Shown here: piece by piece, positions 1 to 10,247 of the stretch | How positions within the stretch are numbered: position 1 is the first letter of the stretch | Layout: each line of letters begins with the position of its first letter | DNA from: an uncultured delta proteobacterium | GTDB lineage: Bacteria; Myxococcota; Myxococcia; SLRQ01 | NCBI GenBank assembly: GCA_963727485.1 | Contig: CAVSGM010000001.1 | Location: 224,001-288,000, forward strand | DNA: 64,000 nucleotides | Direction of reading: 5' to 3' | The notes under the pieces: model-generated | Seen by the model: the letters and a program-made list of their open reading frames with translations, nothing else | What the model was told of the DNA's origin: nothing | Database searches by the model: none | Made by a program: the position numbers and the translations under genes

Positions 1-227
1 CCGAAGGCGCCCCGGACCAGGCCGTCGAGCTGCTCGACGAGGATGGGGGTGAGGTTCACGGTGGCGTGGACCTCGGGGTGGCGCTCGAGGATCCAGCCGA
101 GGTCGGTGTAGCCGCGGGTGCCGTGGAGTCGGACCCAGGGGAGGGTCATGTCTCCGCAGCCCACCGGGTCCCGGTAGTCGGGCTGGTGGAGGTGCCAGAG
201 GAAGGCCAGCTTCACATGGTCGCCCAC
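1..227 (-). CDS. Glycoside hydrolase family 57 protein, N-terminal part (runs off window start)
   Basis: Not in ORF track. Manual translation of the minus strand gives VKLAFLWHLHQPDYRDP...LPWVRLHGTRGYTDL...ATVNLTPILVEQL, the GH57 N-terminal WHxHQP / LPWVRLH signature. Start is GTG at 227 or 215. Confidence 0.8.
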   Translation of the reverse strand, partial: MGDHVKLAFLWHLHQPDYRDPVGCGDMTLPWVRLHGTRGYTDLGWILERHPEVHATVNLTPILVEQLDGLVRGAF

Positions 228-255
228 GTCATGTCCCCCCGCGGGTCGCGCGCCT

Positions 256-1401
256 TCAAGTGCCGGTGGCCGGGCCCTCGGGCGGTGCGGCGGCCACGGG
301 CGCCTCCGGGATCCCCGGCGCCCGGGCCCTCGCCCCGTCGGCGGCGGCGGCCTCGGCGAAGACCTCGTCGATCTCGTCGTTCACCCGGCGGAGCATCGCC
401 TTGCGCTCGTGGAAGGGCAGAAACGCGCTCTTGAACCCGGCGACCACCACGTTCTTGATGTCCTCGGCGTCGAGGCCGAGCTCGGTGTGGGCCAGCCACA
501 GCTCCCGGGTCACGGTGGTGTCGGTGACCAGGCGGTTGTCGGTGTTGAGGGTCACCCGCAGCCCGTAGTGCAGGTAGAAGGGCAGGGGGTGGTCCTTGTA
601 GCTCTTGACCGCCCGGGTCTGGACGTTGCTGGAGAGGCAGACCTCCAGGGGGATGCGGTGGTCGGCGACGTAGTTGAGCAGGTCGCCGTCCTCGCGCAGC
701 CGCGTGCCGTGGCCCACCCGGTGGGCGCCACAGTAGTGGATCGCCTGGTGGATGGAGTCGGGGCCGAAGGCCTCGCCGGCGTGGGCGGTGCAGTTCACGT
801 TGTTCTTGAGGATGAGCTGGAAGGCCCGGATGTGATCCTTGGCCGGATAGTTGTACTCGGCGCCGGCGAGGTCGAAGCCGATGACGCCCTGGTTCTTGTA
901 GGCCACCGAGAGCTCGGCGAGGGTGAGCGAGGACTCGGGGTTGATGTTGCGCATCCCGCAGATGATGACCCCGCTGCCGATCCCGGTCTCCCGCTGGGCG
1001 GCCCGCAGCCCCGAGAGCACCGACTCGACGATGGTGGTCAGCTTGAGCCCCTTTTTCATATGCAGGATGGGCGAGTAGCGCACCTCGAGCCACCGGACCC
1101 CCTCGGCGGCGCAGTCGACGGCGAGCTCGTAGGCGGCGCGCTCCAGGGCCTGGGCCTCCTGGAGGATGGAGAGGGTGACGTCGAAGGCCTTGAGGTAGTC
1201 GACGAGGTCGTCGCACACCTGGCCCATGTGGATGGCCTTGGCCAGGTCCTCGGGGGTGTCCGCCGGGAGGGTGACCTTCTGGCGCTCGGCCTCCTCGAGG
1301 ATGGTCGTCAGGCGCAGGGACCCGTCGAGGTGGCAGTGGAGGTCCGTCTTGGGGAGGCGGCGGAGGAGGGCCTCGGAGAGGGTGGGCGTGTCGGCGGTCA
1401 T
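256..1401 (-). CDS. add: Adenosine deaminase
   Basis: LPKTDLHCHLDGS, DLAGAE, TAHAGE, RVGHG, LEVCLSSN and LNTDN motifs. Start set at ATG 1401. Confidence 0.92.
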   Translation of the reverse strand: MTADTPTLSEALLRRLPKTDLHCHLDGSLRLTTILEEAERQKVTLPADTPEDLAKAIHMGQVCDDLVDYLKAFDVTLSILQEAQALERAAYELAVDCAAEGVRWLEVRYSPILHMKKGLKLTTIVESVLSGLRAAQRETGIGSGVIICGMRNINPESSLTLAELSVAYKNQGVIGFDLAGAEYNYPAKDHIRAFQLILKNNVNCTAHAGEAFGPDSIHQAIHYCGAHRVGHGTRLREDGDLLNYVADHRIPLEVCLSSNVQTRAVKSYKDHPLPFYLHYGLRVTLNTDNRLVTDTTVTRELWLAHTELGLDAEDIKNVVVAGFKSAFLPFHERKAMLRRVNDEIDEVFAEAAAADGARARAPGIPEAPVAAAPPEGPATGT

Positions 1402-1443
1402 GGGTGCCTGTCTACCATGAAGCGGCATGGGGCGCCGGGCCGG

Positions 1444-2487
1444 TCACTGCGCGTCGGCGCAGCACCGGAACCCGGTGGAGTAGTCCCAGTGGGCGGTGTT
1501 GTGGGCGGTGGTGACATAGAGGCAGCCGTTGCCGTTGAGGACGGTGTCGACGTAGTAGCCACCCCGGAAGGTGCCGTTCGGATCGGCGGTCCACTCGTGG
1601 AGGTTGCCCATCATGTCGTAGGCGCCCTCGGCGGTGACGCACCCCGAGTGGCTCCCGGCCGGGGCCAGGGAGCCCGGGAGCTGGTCGAGGCAGGGGTCGC
1701 CCAGGTGGGACCAGATCCAGGCGTCGCTGGAGTCGAAGTACTGCTCGGCCGGGTGCACGGCCCGGTGGTCGTTGCACACGCCGGGCCGGCGCGTGTCCCC
1801 GTAGGGGTAGGTGAGTCCGCTCGGGCCCTGACAGGCCCGGAGCCACTCGGTGTCGGTGCACAGGCGCTTGCCCGCGGCGGCGCAGGCCTCGCCCGCCTGG
1901 ATCCCCGAGATGTACGCCTGGGGGATGGCGCCCTCGAGGGACAGGGCGGCCGGCGGCGGGTCCGGCGGGTGGCGAAACGGCGACCACCCGGCCAGGGCGT
2001 CCTCGTAGCGGTCGATGCAGAAGGTGCCCACGCGGACCATGCCGTCCGGGCAGCCCGGGTCGCCCGGGGCCTCGGTGAGGCCGGCGTTGGGGTCCAGGAA
2101 GGCGGTGGGGTCGCAGTAGAAGGGCCGCGGGGTGCAGCAGAGGACGTCCGCCGGCAGGCCCGGGCAGTAGCCGGGGGTGGGGGCGTGGTCGCCGCCGCAG
2201 TCCGTGTAGGGGAGGCAGGCGCCGTCTCCGTCCGGGGTGGCGCACGCCGGGCCGCCGTCGAGGTCGGAGACGAAGCCGGCGTCCGAGGCACCCCCGTCGC
2301 CGGCGTCGGTCACGCCGGCGTCCCCGGGCCCGGCGTCACCCGGTCCGCCGTCGGTGGCGCCGGCGTCGGTCACGCCGGCGTCCCCCGCGGCGCCGCCGTC
2401 CCCGAGCTCCCCGCGGCTGGCGGTGCCGGTGCCGCCGCACCCGGCGACGACGAGGAGGGCCACCGAGGCCGCGACGGCGAGGCGCAT
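1444..2487 (-). CDS. Lipoprotein with DAG-rich linker and FGE-sulfatase (SUMF1-like) domain
   Basis: Lipobox VVAGC; DAG repeats; CIDRYE, LCTDTEWLRAC, YPYG, DMMGNLHEW and GFRCC motifs. Confidence 0.85.
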   Translation of the reverse strand: MRLAVAASVALLVVAGCGGTGTASRGELGDGGAAGDAGVTDAGATDGGPGDAGPGDAGVTDAGDGGASDAGFVSDLDGGPACATPDGDGACLPYTDCGGDHAPTPGYCPGLPADVLCCTPRPFYCDPTAFLDPNAGLTEAPGDPGCPDGMVRVGTFCIDRYEDALAGWSPFRHPPDPPPAALSLEGAIPQAYISGIQAGEACAAAGKRLCTDTEWLRACQGPSGLTYPYGDTRRPGVCNDHRAVHPAEQYFDSSDAWIWSHLGDPCLDQLPGSLAPAGSHSGCVTAEGAYDMMGNLHEWTADPNGTFRGGYYVDTVLNGNGCLYVTTAHNTAHWDYSTGFRCCADAQ

Positions 2488-2585
2488 CCCGCCAGCGTAG
2501 CGAGGCGCCGGCCCACCCCGCAACCGGGTCCAGAACGGCGGCCGGCCCCTTGCAAGCCCCGGGGTCCGGTGGAAAGACTCGCCCC

Positions 2586-3800
2586 ATGCTGGCACTGGAC
2601 GAAGCCCTCGACCGGATCCTCTCCGGGCTTTCGCCCCTGCCCGCCGAGCGGGTGGCGGCGGTGGAGGCGGTGGGCCGGGTGGTGGCCGAGGCGGTCGTCG
2701 CCCGCCGGGCCCTGCCCCCTGAGGCGAACTCGGCCATGGACGGCTACGCGGTGCGCGCCGCGGACACCGAGGGCGCGCCGGTGACCCTGCGCCTCACCGG
2801 GGTGGTCGCCGCCGGGAGCCACGCCGAGGGGCCCCTGCGCCCGGGCGAGGCCTTCCGGATCTTCACCGGCGCGCCCATCCCCGAGGGCGCCGACGCGGTG
2901 GTGATGCAGGAGGTCTGTCGCCTCGGCGACGGCGAGGTGGAGATCGGCGAGACCGCCACCGCCGGCCAGCACGTCCGCCCGGCCGGGGACGACGTGCGGC
3001 CCGGCGACCCGCTCTTGGCCCCAGGCGATATCCTCGGCCCCGCGGAGGTCGCGGCGCTGGCGGGCCAGGGGCGGACCGGGATCCGGGTCCACCGGCGCCC
3101 GGTGGTGGCGATCCTGGGGAGCGGCGACGAGCTGGTGGACCCCGACGGCGACGTCGCCGGCGGGCGCATCGTCAACTCCAACACCGACGCCCTGGCCGCC
3201 GCCTGCCTCGAGGCCGGCGCCGTCCCCCGCCTCCTGGGCACCGCGAAGGACGACGCGGAGGCCATCGGCGCCCTGGTCGACGCCACAGCCGGTGCCGACG
3301 TGATCCTCACCAGCGGCGGGGTCAGCGTCGGCGACCGGGACCTGGTCCAGGACGTGCTGGGGTCCCGGGGCATGGAGACGGTGTTCTGGAAGGTGGCGGT
3401 GAAGCCCGGCAAGCCGCTGCTCCACGGGCGCCTCGACGGGCGGCCGGTCTTCGGCCTCCCGGGGAACCCGGTCTCGGCCCTGACCACCTTCACCGTCTTC
3501 GCCCGCCCGGCGCTCTTGCGCCTCGCCGGCCGCGCCGACGTGCTCCCCCCGGCGCTCCCGGCGACCCTCGGCGCCGAGGCCCCGGCCGCCCGGGGCCGGG
3601 TGAACCTGGTGTGGGTCCGCCTCGAGCACGGCGCCGATGGCCTCGTCGCCACCCCGGTGGCCCGGCAGGCGAGCCACCGGATGCGCGGGACCCTCGGCGC
3701 CCACGGCCTGGTCGCCGTGCCCCCGGGGGCGCCCCTCGCCGCCGGCGCGAAGGTCCGCGTCCTCACCTACCGCCTCCCCGGCCGCCCCCATGGCCACTGA
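2586..3800 (+). CDS. moeA: Molybdopterin molybdotransferase MoeA (gephyrin-like)
   Basis: NSAMDGYAV, IFTGAPIPEGADAVVMQE, GDEL, TSGGVSVGDRD, KPGKP and GLPGNPVS motifs. Confidence 0.95.
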   Translation: MLALDEALDRILSGLSPLPAERVAAVEAVGRVVAEAVVARRALPPEANSAMDGYAVRAADTEGAPVTLRLTGVVAAGSHAEGPLRPGEAFRIFTGAPIPEGADAVVMQEVCRLGDGEVEIGETATAGQHVRPAGDDVRPGDPLLAPGDILGPAEVAALAGQGRTGIRVHRRPVVAILGSGDELVDPDGDVAGGRIVNSNTDALAAACLEAGAVPRLLGTAKDDAEAIGALVDATAGADVILTSGGVSVGDRDLVQDVLGSRGMETVFWKVAVKPGKPLLHGRLDGRPVFGLPGNPVSALTTFTVFARPALLRLAGRADVLPPALPATLGAEAPAARGRVNLVWVRLEHGADGLVATPVARQASHRMRGTLGAHGLVAVPPGAPLAAGAKVRVLTYRLPGRPHGH

Positions 3801-4581
3801 GGTCCCGGTCTTCGACGCCCACGCCCGGGTCGACGCCCTGGGCACGGACGACCTGGAGACCCTGGCCTTCTTCGGCACCGCGGGCCTGGTCACCAGCGCC
3901 CACGACGGCTTCCCCGGCCCCCGGGCCGAGGACCTGGAGGCCCACCTCGACGCCATCGAGGCCACCGTGCCGAGGCTCCGGGCCGCGGGGATCACCGGCT
4001 ACGTGGCCCTCGGCGTCCACCCGGCCAGGATCCCCTGGCTCGGCCTCGACGCCGTCCTCGCCCGCCTCCCCGAGCGCCTCGGCCGCCCCGAGGCGGTGGC
4101 CGTGGGTGAGGTGGGGCTCTTCGAGGGCGGCGAGCGCGAGGAGGGCGTGTTCGGCCGGCAGATCGACCTGGCCCGGGACCTGCGCCTCCCGCTGGTGGTG
4201 ACCCTCCCGGTGCGCCACCGGGCCCGGGTCCTCAAGCGCACCCTGGCGCTCCTGCGCGACCGCGAGGTGCCCCCGGAGGGCGCGCTCCTGGTCCGCGCCG
4301 ACGCCGCGAGCGTCGCGACCATCCGCGGGGTCGGCTACCGGGTGGCGCTGGGGGGCATGGAGGCCGAGGCCATCGCCGAGCTCGTCGCGCGCCACGGCCC
4401 CGAGGGCCTCCTGCTCGCCAGCGAGGTCGGCGACGGGCCCTCGGACCCGGTGGCGCTGGCGCGCACCGTGGACCGCCTCGAGGCCGCGGGGCTCTCGCGG
4501 GCGGTGGTGCGCCGGGTGGCGCGGGAGAACGCCGAGGGGTTCTACGGGGTGACTCTTCCGGCGCGTCCGGACGGCGATTGA
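3790..4581 (+). CDS. TatD-family TIM-barrel protein with degenerate metal ligands
   Basis: ALGVHP, AVGEVG and QIDLARDLRLP motifs; overlaps the end of moeA. Confidence 0.75.
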   Translation: MATEVPVFDAHARVDALGTDDLETLAFFGTAGLVTSAHDGFPGPRAEDLEAHLDAIEATVPRLRAAGITGYVALGVHPARIPWLGLDAVLARLPERLGRPEAVAVGEVGLFEGGEREEGVFGRQIDLARDLRLPLVVTLPVRHRARVLKRTLALLRDREVPPEGALLVRADAASVATIRGVGYRVALGGMEAEAIAELVARHGPEGLLLASEVGDGPSDPVALARTVDRLEAAGLSRAVVRRVARENAEGFYGVTLPARPDGD

Positions 4582-4640
4582 GGGCAGAGCGTCGCCGAGA
4601 TGTGGCGTCGTAGGCCGGCAATCGCTGATTGGACTCGGGG

Positions 4641-4677
4641 TTGATACCTGGGTAATGGATTCGGTAGGATGAATCCA
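4641..4677 (+). promoter_or_regulatory. Putative sigma70 promoter (TTGATA-N18-TAGGAT) overlapped by inverted repeat TGGATTC-N8-GAATCCA
   Basis: Hexamers at 4641-4646 and 4665-4670; repeat arms at 4656-4662 and 4671-4677. Confidence 0.45.
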
Positions 4678-4768
4678 GTAGAGTGAACCCTGGTCGGGCG
4701 CATCGGAACCTCCATCTGGGAGCAGCGACAGGCGCCGGTTGGCCGTGGACGCACCTCGGGAGGTCGCA

Positions 4769-7700
4769 ATGGGTGGTAGGCGCCGGATGTTCTCTCATCG
4801 TGGAGATTGCTGTCGAAGAGATCAACGACGGGGCTCCTGGTGGGTGCGGCCGTAGCCGTGTTCGGGGGGGGGGTGTCTAAAGTTCGACCCCACGCCGACC
4901 AGGGTCGGCATCATTGACGTTCCGTACCCTGTGACGAAGGTCCTGGCCGCCAAGGCGCCGACCAGGGGCGTGCCGTTCCGGGCCCTGGCGGTCGCGAGCA
5001 GCAAGAATCGACACGTTGCAGCCAGACGACGTCCTGCCGTCGTGTGAGGTCGCTGCGTCCTCCACGGGCTTCGAGTGCACACCGCCGCAGAAGACATGTG
5101 TGGGTAACTGCTACGCGCAGTTCCTGGTCGATCGGCCGCCGCCGGGACCCGCGGAGAAGGCCTCGATACTCAAGGTGTGTCGCACCCTCTGTGGCTGCAC
5201 GCCGGCCCCAGGGGGGACACCGGATTCTCATCGGCTGCCATGGGGTCGTGATTGGCTATGACCGGGCCGGAGCAGCAATCCCGGGCACCCAGGAGCCATA
5301 CCCACTCGAGCAACCGGGTGTCCCCACGTACCCGCCGCTGGTGCGGCCCGCCTTCTATGTGGGGCTCCCGACCGGGCTCACTTCTGCCGTCAGCCAGCTC
5401 GAGCACGGGAGCTACCAGCTCGTGAGCTTCCAGCCAACTACACCTCACGAGATCGCACAGCCCATCTCGAGGACCCTGTTGAGCTGTCTTCCTCCGACCC
5501 CGAGCCATCGGGCACCACTGGACACCAAGTCGTTCTCATTTCTCGGGTTCAAGTTCAAGCTGGCGGCAGGCCACAGCCTCGGTGGACGTGTCACGAGGCT
5601 CCAGGTCTGCCCCCTCGTGAACTGGGAGAAGGTGCTGTCCCCGGAGTTGCAGCTGCAAGCTGGCTATCCACCGCTGCTGTCGGGAGACAGCGTGCCGGGC
5701 CTGAGCGACGAGTGCGACGAGTGGAGCAAGCCGGACAGCTCCGATCCGGACTTCACCGCGGGCTCCAGGCTCCTGGTCTGGCTCGAGGGCGCCACCTTTG
5801 CGAATGCGAATAAGGGCACCGTCGTCCTGGGGCGAGAGACGGCAGCGCTCGTCCGCTCCGACAGGGTGCGGGTCGTTCTGAAACTGGATGGGATTGGAGG
5901 GGCGTTTACCCTTTGGCCACCCCTCGGCCCGCCGATCCACCTGCAGGTCGCCGGCTCGCTGAAGGCCGTCGGCACGCTCATCCTCGACGATCGCGGGGAG
6001 GTCTGCGCGGAGAGCCGGACCAAGTGCGACCAGGTGGTCAACCAGGTGACGGTGCGGCCCGACCTTTCTCTGGATACCAGCGGCCTCACCATCGCCGGTG
6101 CGCCACAGATGCTCGGTCCGGGCGTGTCGACCAAGGCGCTGGTGACCTGGCTGCTTCAGCGCTACTTCGTCAACCAGCCGCGCGTCCTCAGATTCCAGGG
6201 ATCGACGCCGGGAACCTTCGTCGCTCCCCATGTCACGCTGGAGAGCGACGGGCTGGCGGTTTCGCTGGGCTCCGCAGCGCAGAGCCTCGTCCCCTTCGCG
6301 AACCTCACGCTGACGACGAGCCCAGGGCCGCCAACGGCGAAGCCCTCGCCCCCGGCACCACAGCCCCCAGGTCCTGGCAGCGTCGAGCCGTTGCCCACCG
6401 GGGTCGATGCGCGCAACTACGTGCGGGCGGTGGTGCAGGTCCTCCCGGGCAGGGGGATTGGGAGCCCGTTGAACCCCATTGTGACGCAGGTTCGGCTGGT
6501 GGTCGGTAAGGTGCCGGGTGCCAAGAGAGAGGTACCCGAGCAGGTTGGCCCCTGGGTCTCCCCGCCGGTGGGGAAGTGGACGGCCGTGTCGGTGCCGGTG
6601 GCCTACCACAAGTCAAAGCCCCCAGACAAAGACTGGCCCCTGGATGACGGCAAGGACTTCCGGACCGGCGTACAGGTCACCGTCCAGGCGAGAACCGTGA
6701 ACGTCTTCCGAAGCTCGCCTCCACCGCAACCGCCCATCTGCAGGATCGGCGTTGGAGGTCTCGTCAAGGCGATCAAGCCCGTGGCGCGGACGGGTCGCCT
6801 CCGGTCGGGACGCGGGCTCTGCCCGACGTGTCTCATGGCCCAAGACGTAGCCCATCCCTCGCAGACGGCGACCACCTCCAATGGGTTGGCGAAGCTGCTC
6901 CACGGAGGCTCTGTCCTAATGGGTGGCGTGGGCTCCCCAGCGCGGCCGCGGCAGCTCCTGCTCGAGGCCAGATCAGGGGCTCTCGTCTACCTTCGATTGG
7001 GTACCGCCTTCCCCTGGCCGCTGCCCCTGATCTGCGCGGGCTCACCGCCGCGGCGGCCCAGCCCCCACGATCCCCGCGTGCTTGTCGATCTGGTGGGCAC
7101 TGACTTTGACGGGTCCCGGCTGAGTGACCTCTTTGCCAACAACCACGTCTCGACAACGCTCCGTGCCGCCGAGTCCGACGGTGCGGTGCCGACCTACGGC
7201 GGCGCCACGCGCCGGGTGGCGGTCCTGACGGCGGAGATGTCCCCGAAGGGTGGCCCAAGTGCGTCTTTCACCGCCGTGGCGGACCATCTCGGAGCCCTAA
7301 GGGTCCTTGGCAGCGCCACCGTAATCACGCCATCCGATCGCTATTGGTCCAGCGGTCAGGAGCAGGTTGGCAATTCGGATGGCACTGTGCCCCAGATCGG
7401 GCGCCACCTGGCGCCGGGCGGCGTATGGAGGCCCCACGTGTCCTCCAGTCCCGTTACCGATCTTGGCGTGGTCGAGGACGTCCCGATCCAGGGCTGGCTC
7501 ACGGCCGACGCGAGTCATCGCCTCATGAGCGGGACCGACCTCCCGAGCGTCCAGGTGGACTACACAGTGCCGGCGAGCACGGCGCCGGGCATGTTGACCT
7601 TCTCGGCCTGGGACGGCGAAGTACACGAGGTCGAGGGCAAGTCGTGGGTCGTCGATCGCGCGCACGGTGGCGCCTACAGCGCCATGGATCCGCACAAGGT

Positions 7701-8151
7701 GTACGCCGATCGGGTCGGTCTTACCCGCGGTGCGCCGGAGCTGGTGGGCCTCCCTCACTCCCGGTTCACCATTAGAGGCACCCGGCCGCGGTACACACCC
7801 GACACCAGCCCCGGTGCGAGCGTGTACTCCGTGTCCCCTTCCGCCTGCTACGCAACGATCCTCCCCAGGCCCCTCGGGACACAGGCGGTGTTCCTCGACG
7901 AGATCACCACAAAGGTGGACGGCGTGGGCCTGCGCTTCGGCTTCGGCCCCGGTGGCTCGGGTGGGACCTGTCGGGCCAAGCCAAGGGCTGGCAGTACCGG
8001 TGGCATGTGCCGGGAGCGTGTGGCGCCGGCGGGGCCGCTCTTCTATGGTCGCGCGGGGGTCGCGGTGACGCCGCACCCGGTACAGCTACAGAACCCACCG
8101 CCTTCGCCGACGGCTACGGTACAGCGCCTCGAGTCCCTGGCGGCACCATGA
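4769..8151 (+). CDS. Large hypothetical lipoprotein (~1100 aa) with Cys-rich N-terminal region; 5' end broken by frameshifts, start uncertain
   Basis: Joining frames at the G10 tract (4864-4873), GAATC 5005 and GATTC 5223 gives ...GLLVGAAVAVFGGGC-LKFDPTP...IDTLQPDDVLPSCE...CTPAPGGTPDLIGCHG... and continues into ORF 5044..8151. GGGAGG precedes ATG 4769, but that ATG needs one more shift to reach the signal-peptide frame. Confidence 0.6.
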
Positions 8152-9780
8152 CCCGAACCTCCACAGTGGCCCTCTGCCTGGTGGCCTCGGTGCTCGGCGG
8201 CAGGGCGATCGCCGGTTGCACCTCGACCTCCGCCGGTGTGGACGGCGGTGGGGGCCCAGCCGTGGACGCCGGCCCCTGGGACGGTGGAGTTCAGGACGCG
8301 GGCCCACCCAACCGGCCCTGCCAGCAGCTCTTCCTCGCCAACGAGCTGGCGAACCTGACGCCCTCGCCCGAGTGCGTAGCGGCCTATGACGCGATGCTGG
8401 CTGACGGGGGCAGCCGGGCCGTCACCCGGTCGCCGATCCAGGCCGGCAACGTCGGTGGCGACTACGCGATGCTGCTCGGGAAGCGCTACATCGTGGTGAA
8501 CGATGAGTCGTTCGGCCTGACTGAGGTAGATCCCAAGACCGGGTGCTTCGTGTGGGACCGGTACAACGCCAATGGGATCGGGCTCAGCTCGGTGGGGGAC
8601 GGGTACCTGTACGTGAACGACCCGAGCATCTCCAGGATCTCGGAGATCGGGCTCAAGCCGTCGGGCGACTATGGGGGGGTCGGCGCGTACGGGAACCTGT
8701 ACATCCTGCTCCCGGTGCCGCTCTACGACGGGACGATCGTCGCCTACACCTGGTCCGGCGAGCTGCAGCGGCTGAAGATCCGGGCCTCGGGCACGAAGGT
8801 GTACTACGACGTCAGGCTGTCCAACGGGGAGCCGCTGGAGTCGGAGATGGCCTACGACCCGGTGCGGCACTACGTGTTCCTGCTCATCGAGGGCCACGGC
8901 AACAACCCGGGGCCGGATGTCTATGCGGCCTACCGGGCACTGGATGGGACGGCCGTGTGGCGGGACACCGGGATGGCGGTCAAGGGTGCGCCGCTCCTGG
9001 TAGGCAAGGATTCTGCTCTTCGCGGTGGCGGGCTTCTCGGACGGCGACCACCTCGAGCTGCTCAACCGGGACACGGGGGCTGTGGTGAAGGAGAGGGTCT
9101 TCCCCGCCCCGGACCTGGCGCCGGCCGAGTCACCGGCGCAGGTCTCGGGAGGCTTTCTCTACGCGGCGGCTCCTGACCAGAAGCAGCTCTATGTGGTCGC
9201 CGACGTTGACCGTTGGGAGAATGGGCACCTTCGAGTGTATGGGGCCCTGTTCGCCTTCGACCCGGACCTGAACCTCAAGTGGCAGCGGATCCTCCCGCAG
9301 CCTCCCTACTTTCGGCAGGATGTCCACCATCCACTCGATGGCGGCGGGTACACCACGTACGGGAGCTCGTCGAGCACCCTGTCCCCCGCGCTCGCAGGAC
9401 CAGATGGCACCGTCTACGTGGCCTCGCAGAACTGCTACCTCTACGCCTTCCATCCGGATGGCACGCTGGCCTGGAAGGAGCCCCAGCCGATGCCGGCTGC
9501 AGGCGGCCGCCTGATCATCACCGACGGCCGGCTCTTCGTTCTGTCGCAGGATGCGGCCATCAAAGTCCCGTCACCCTTCGGCTCTCCGTCGGGGTTCGGG
9601 GTGATTCAGAGCTACGAGATCTCCGGGGGCGACGGCGGGATCGGTGACGCGGGCGACGGTGGCACGTCCGACGCCGCATCCGCCTCGGATGCCGGCATGC
9701 CCGACGGAGGCAGCATCGTCGATGCCGGGGTCGGCGATGGGGGACTCGGGGACGGCGGCGGCGCCCCCGATGGCGGCTAA
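8148..9780 (+). CDS. Lipoprotein with PQQ/BamB-like beta-propeller repeats and DAG/DGG-rich ends (frameshift at ~9011)
   Basis: ATGA overlap with upstream gene; lipobox AIAGC; repeats ALDGTAVW, AFDPDLNLKW, DGTVYVASQNCYLYAFHPDGTLAW. ORFs 8007..9176 and 9025..9780 join by removing one T at GATTC. Confidence 0.75.
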
Positions 9781-9866
9781 ACTGCGGGCGCTTGCACGGG
9801 AGCACGGGCCGGGCTTCCATGGGATCCCACTCCCGGCGGCCGGGAGCTGAAGCACCGGAGGACGCC

Positions 9867-10247
9867 ATGGAGGTCGGAGACACCTTCACCGCCGAGCACA
9901 CCTACACCGAGGACGAGGTCCGGCGCTGGACCGAGCTCATCGGCGACGCGGGCCGCCACCACCTCGAGCCCGACGCCGCCGGGCGCCTGATGGTCCATGG
10001 CCTCCTCGTCGGCGCCCTGCCCACGCAGATCGGCGGCCAGCTTGATTACATCGCCCGGCAGATGGTCTTCGAGTTCCAGAAGCCGGTGTTCACCGGGGAC
10101 ACGGTGACGGCCACCCTCACCCTGACGAAGGTCGAGCCCGCCCAGGGGAAGCTGCGCCTCTCCATGGACGTCTCCTGCGTGAACCAGGACGGGGTCGAGG
10201 TGGTGCGCGGGTCGAGCTACGGGATTGTGCTCACGCCCGCAGGCTAG
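9867..10247 (+). CDS. MaoC-like hot-dog fold dehydratase
   Basis: GDAGRHH...MVHGLL...FQKPVFTGDTVTA; GGAGG RBS. Confidence 0.85.
   Translation: MEVGDTFTAEHTYTEDEVRRWTELIGDAGRHHLEPDAAGRLMVHGLLVGALPTQIGGQLDYIARQMVFEFQKPVFTGDTVTATLTLTKVEPAQGKLRLSMDVSCVNQDGVEVVRGSSYGIVLTPAG

Noticed and set aside
1444..2487. True formylglycine-generating enzyme or sulfatase maturation locus
   Set aside because: Catalytic Cys-pair motif of FGE not seen and no sulfatase nearby.
409..2784. 791-aa plus-strand ORF and many similar long ORFs (e.g. 19108..22485, 44122..46272, 50376..52970)
   Set aside because: Antisense or off-frame shadows of real genes in very GC-rich DNA; no motifs, biased R/G/P/V composition.
4582..9780. 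Prophage or transposon
   Set aside because: No phage, integrase or transposase motifs, and no terminal repeats or tRNA seen.
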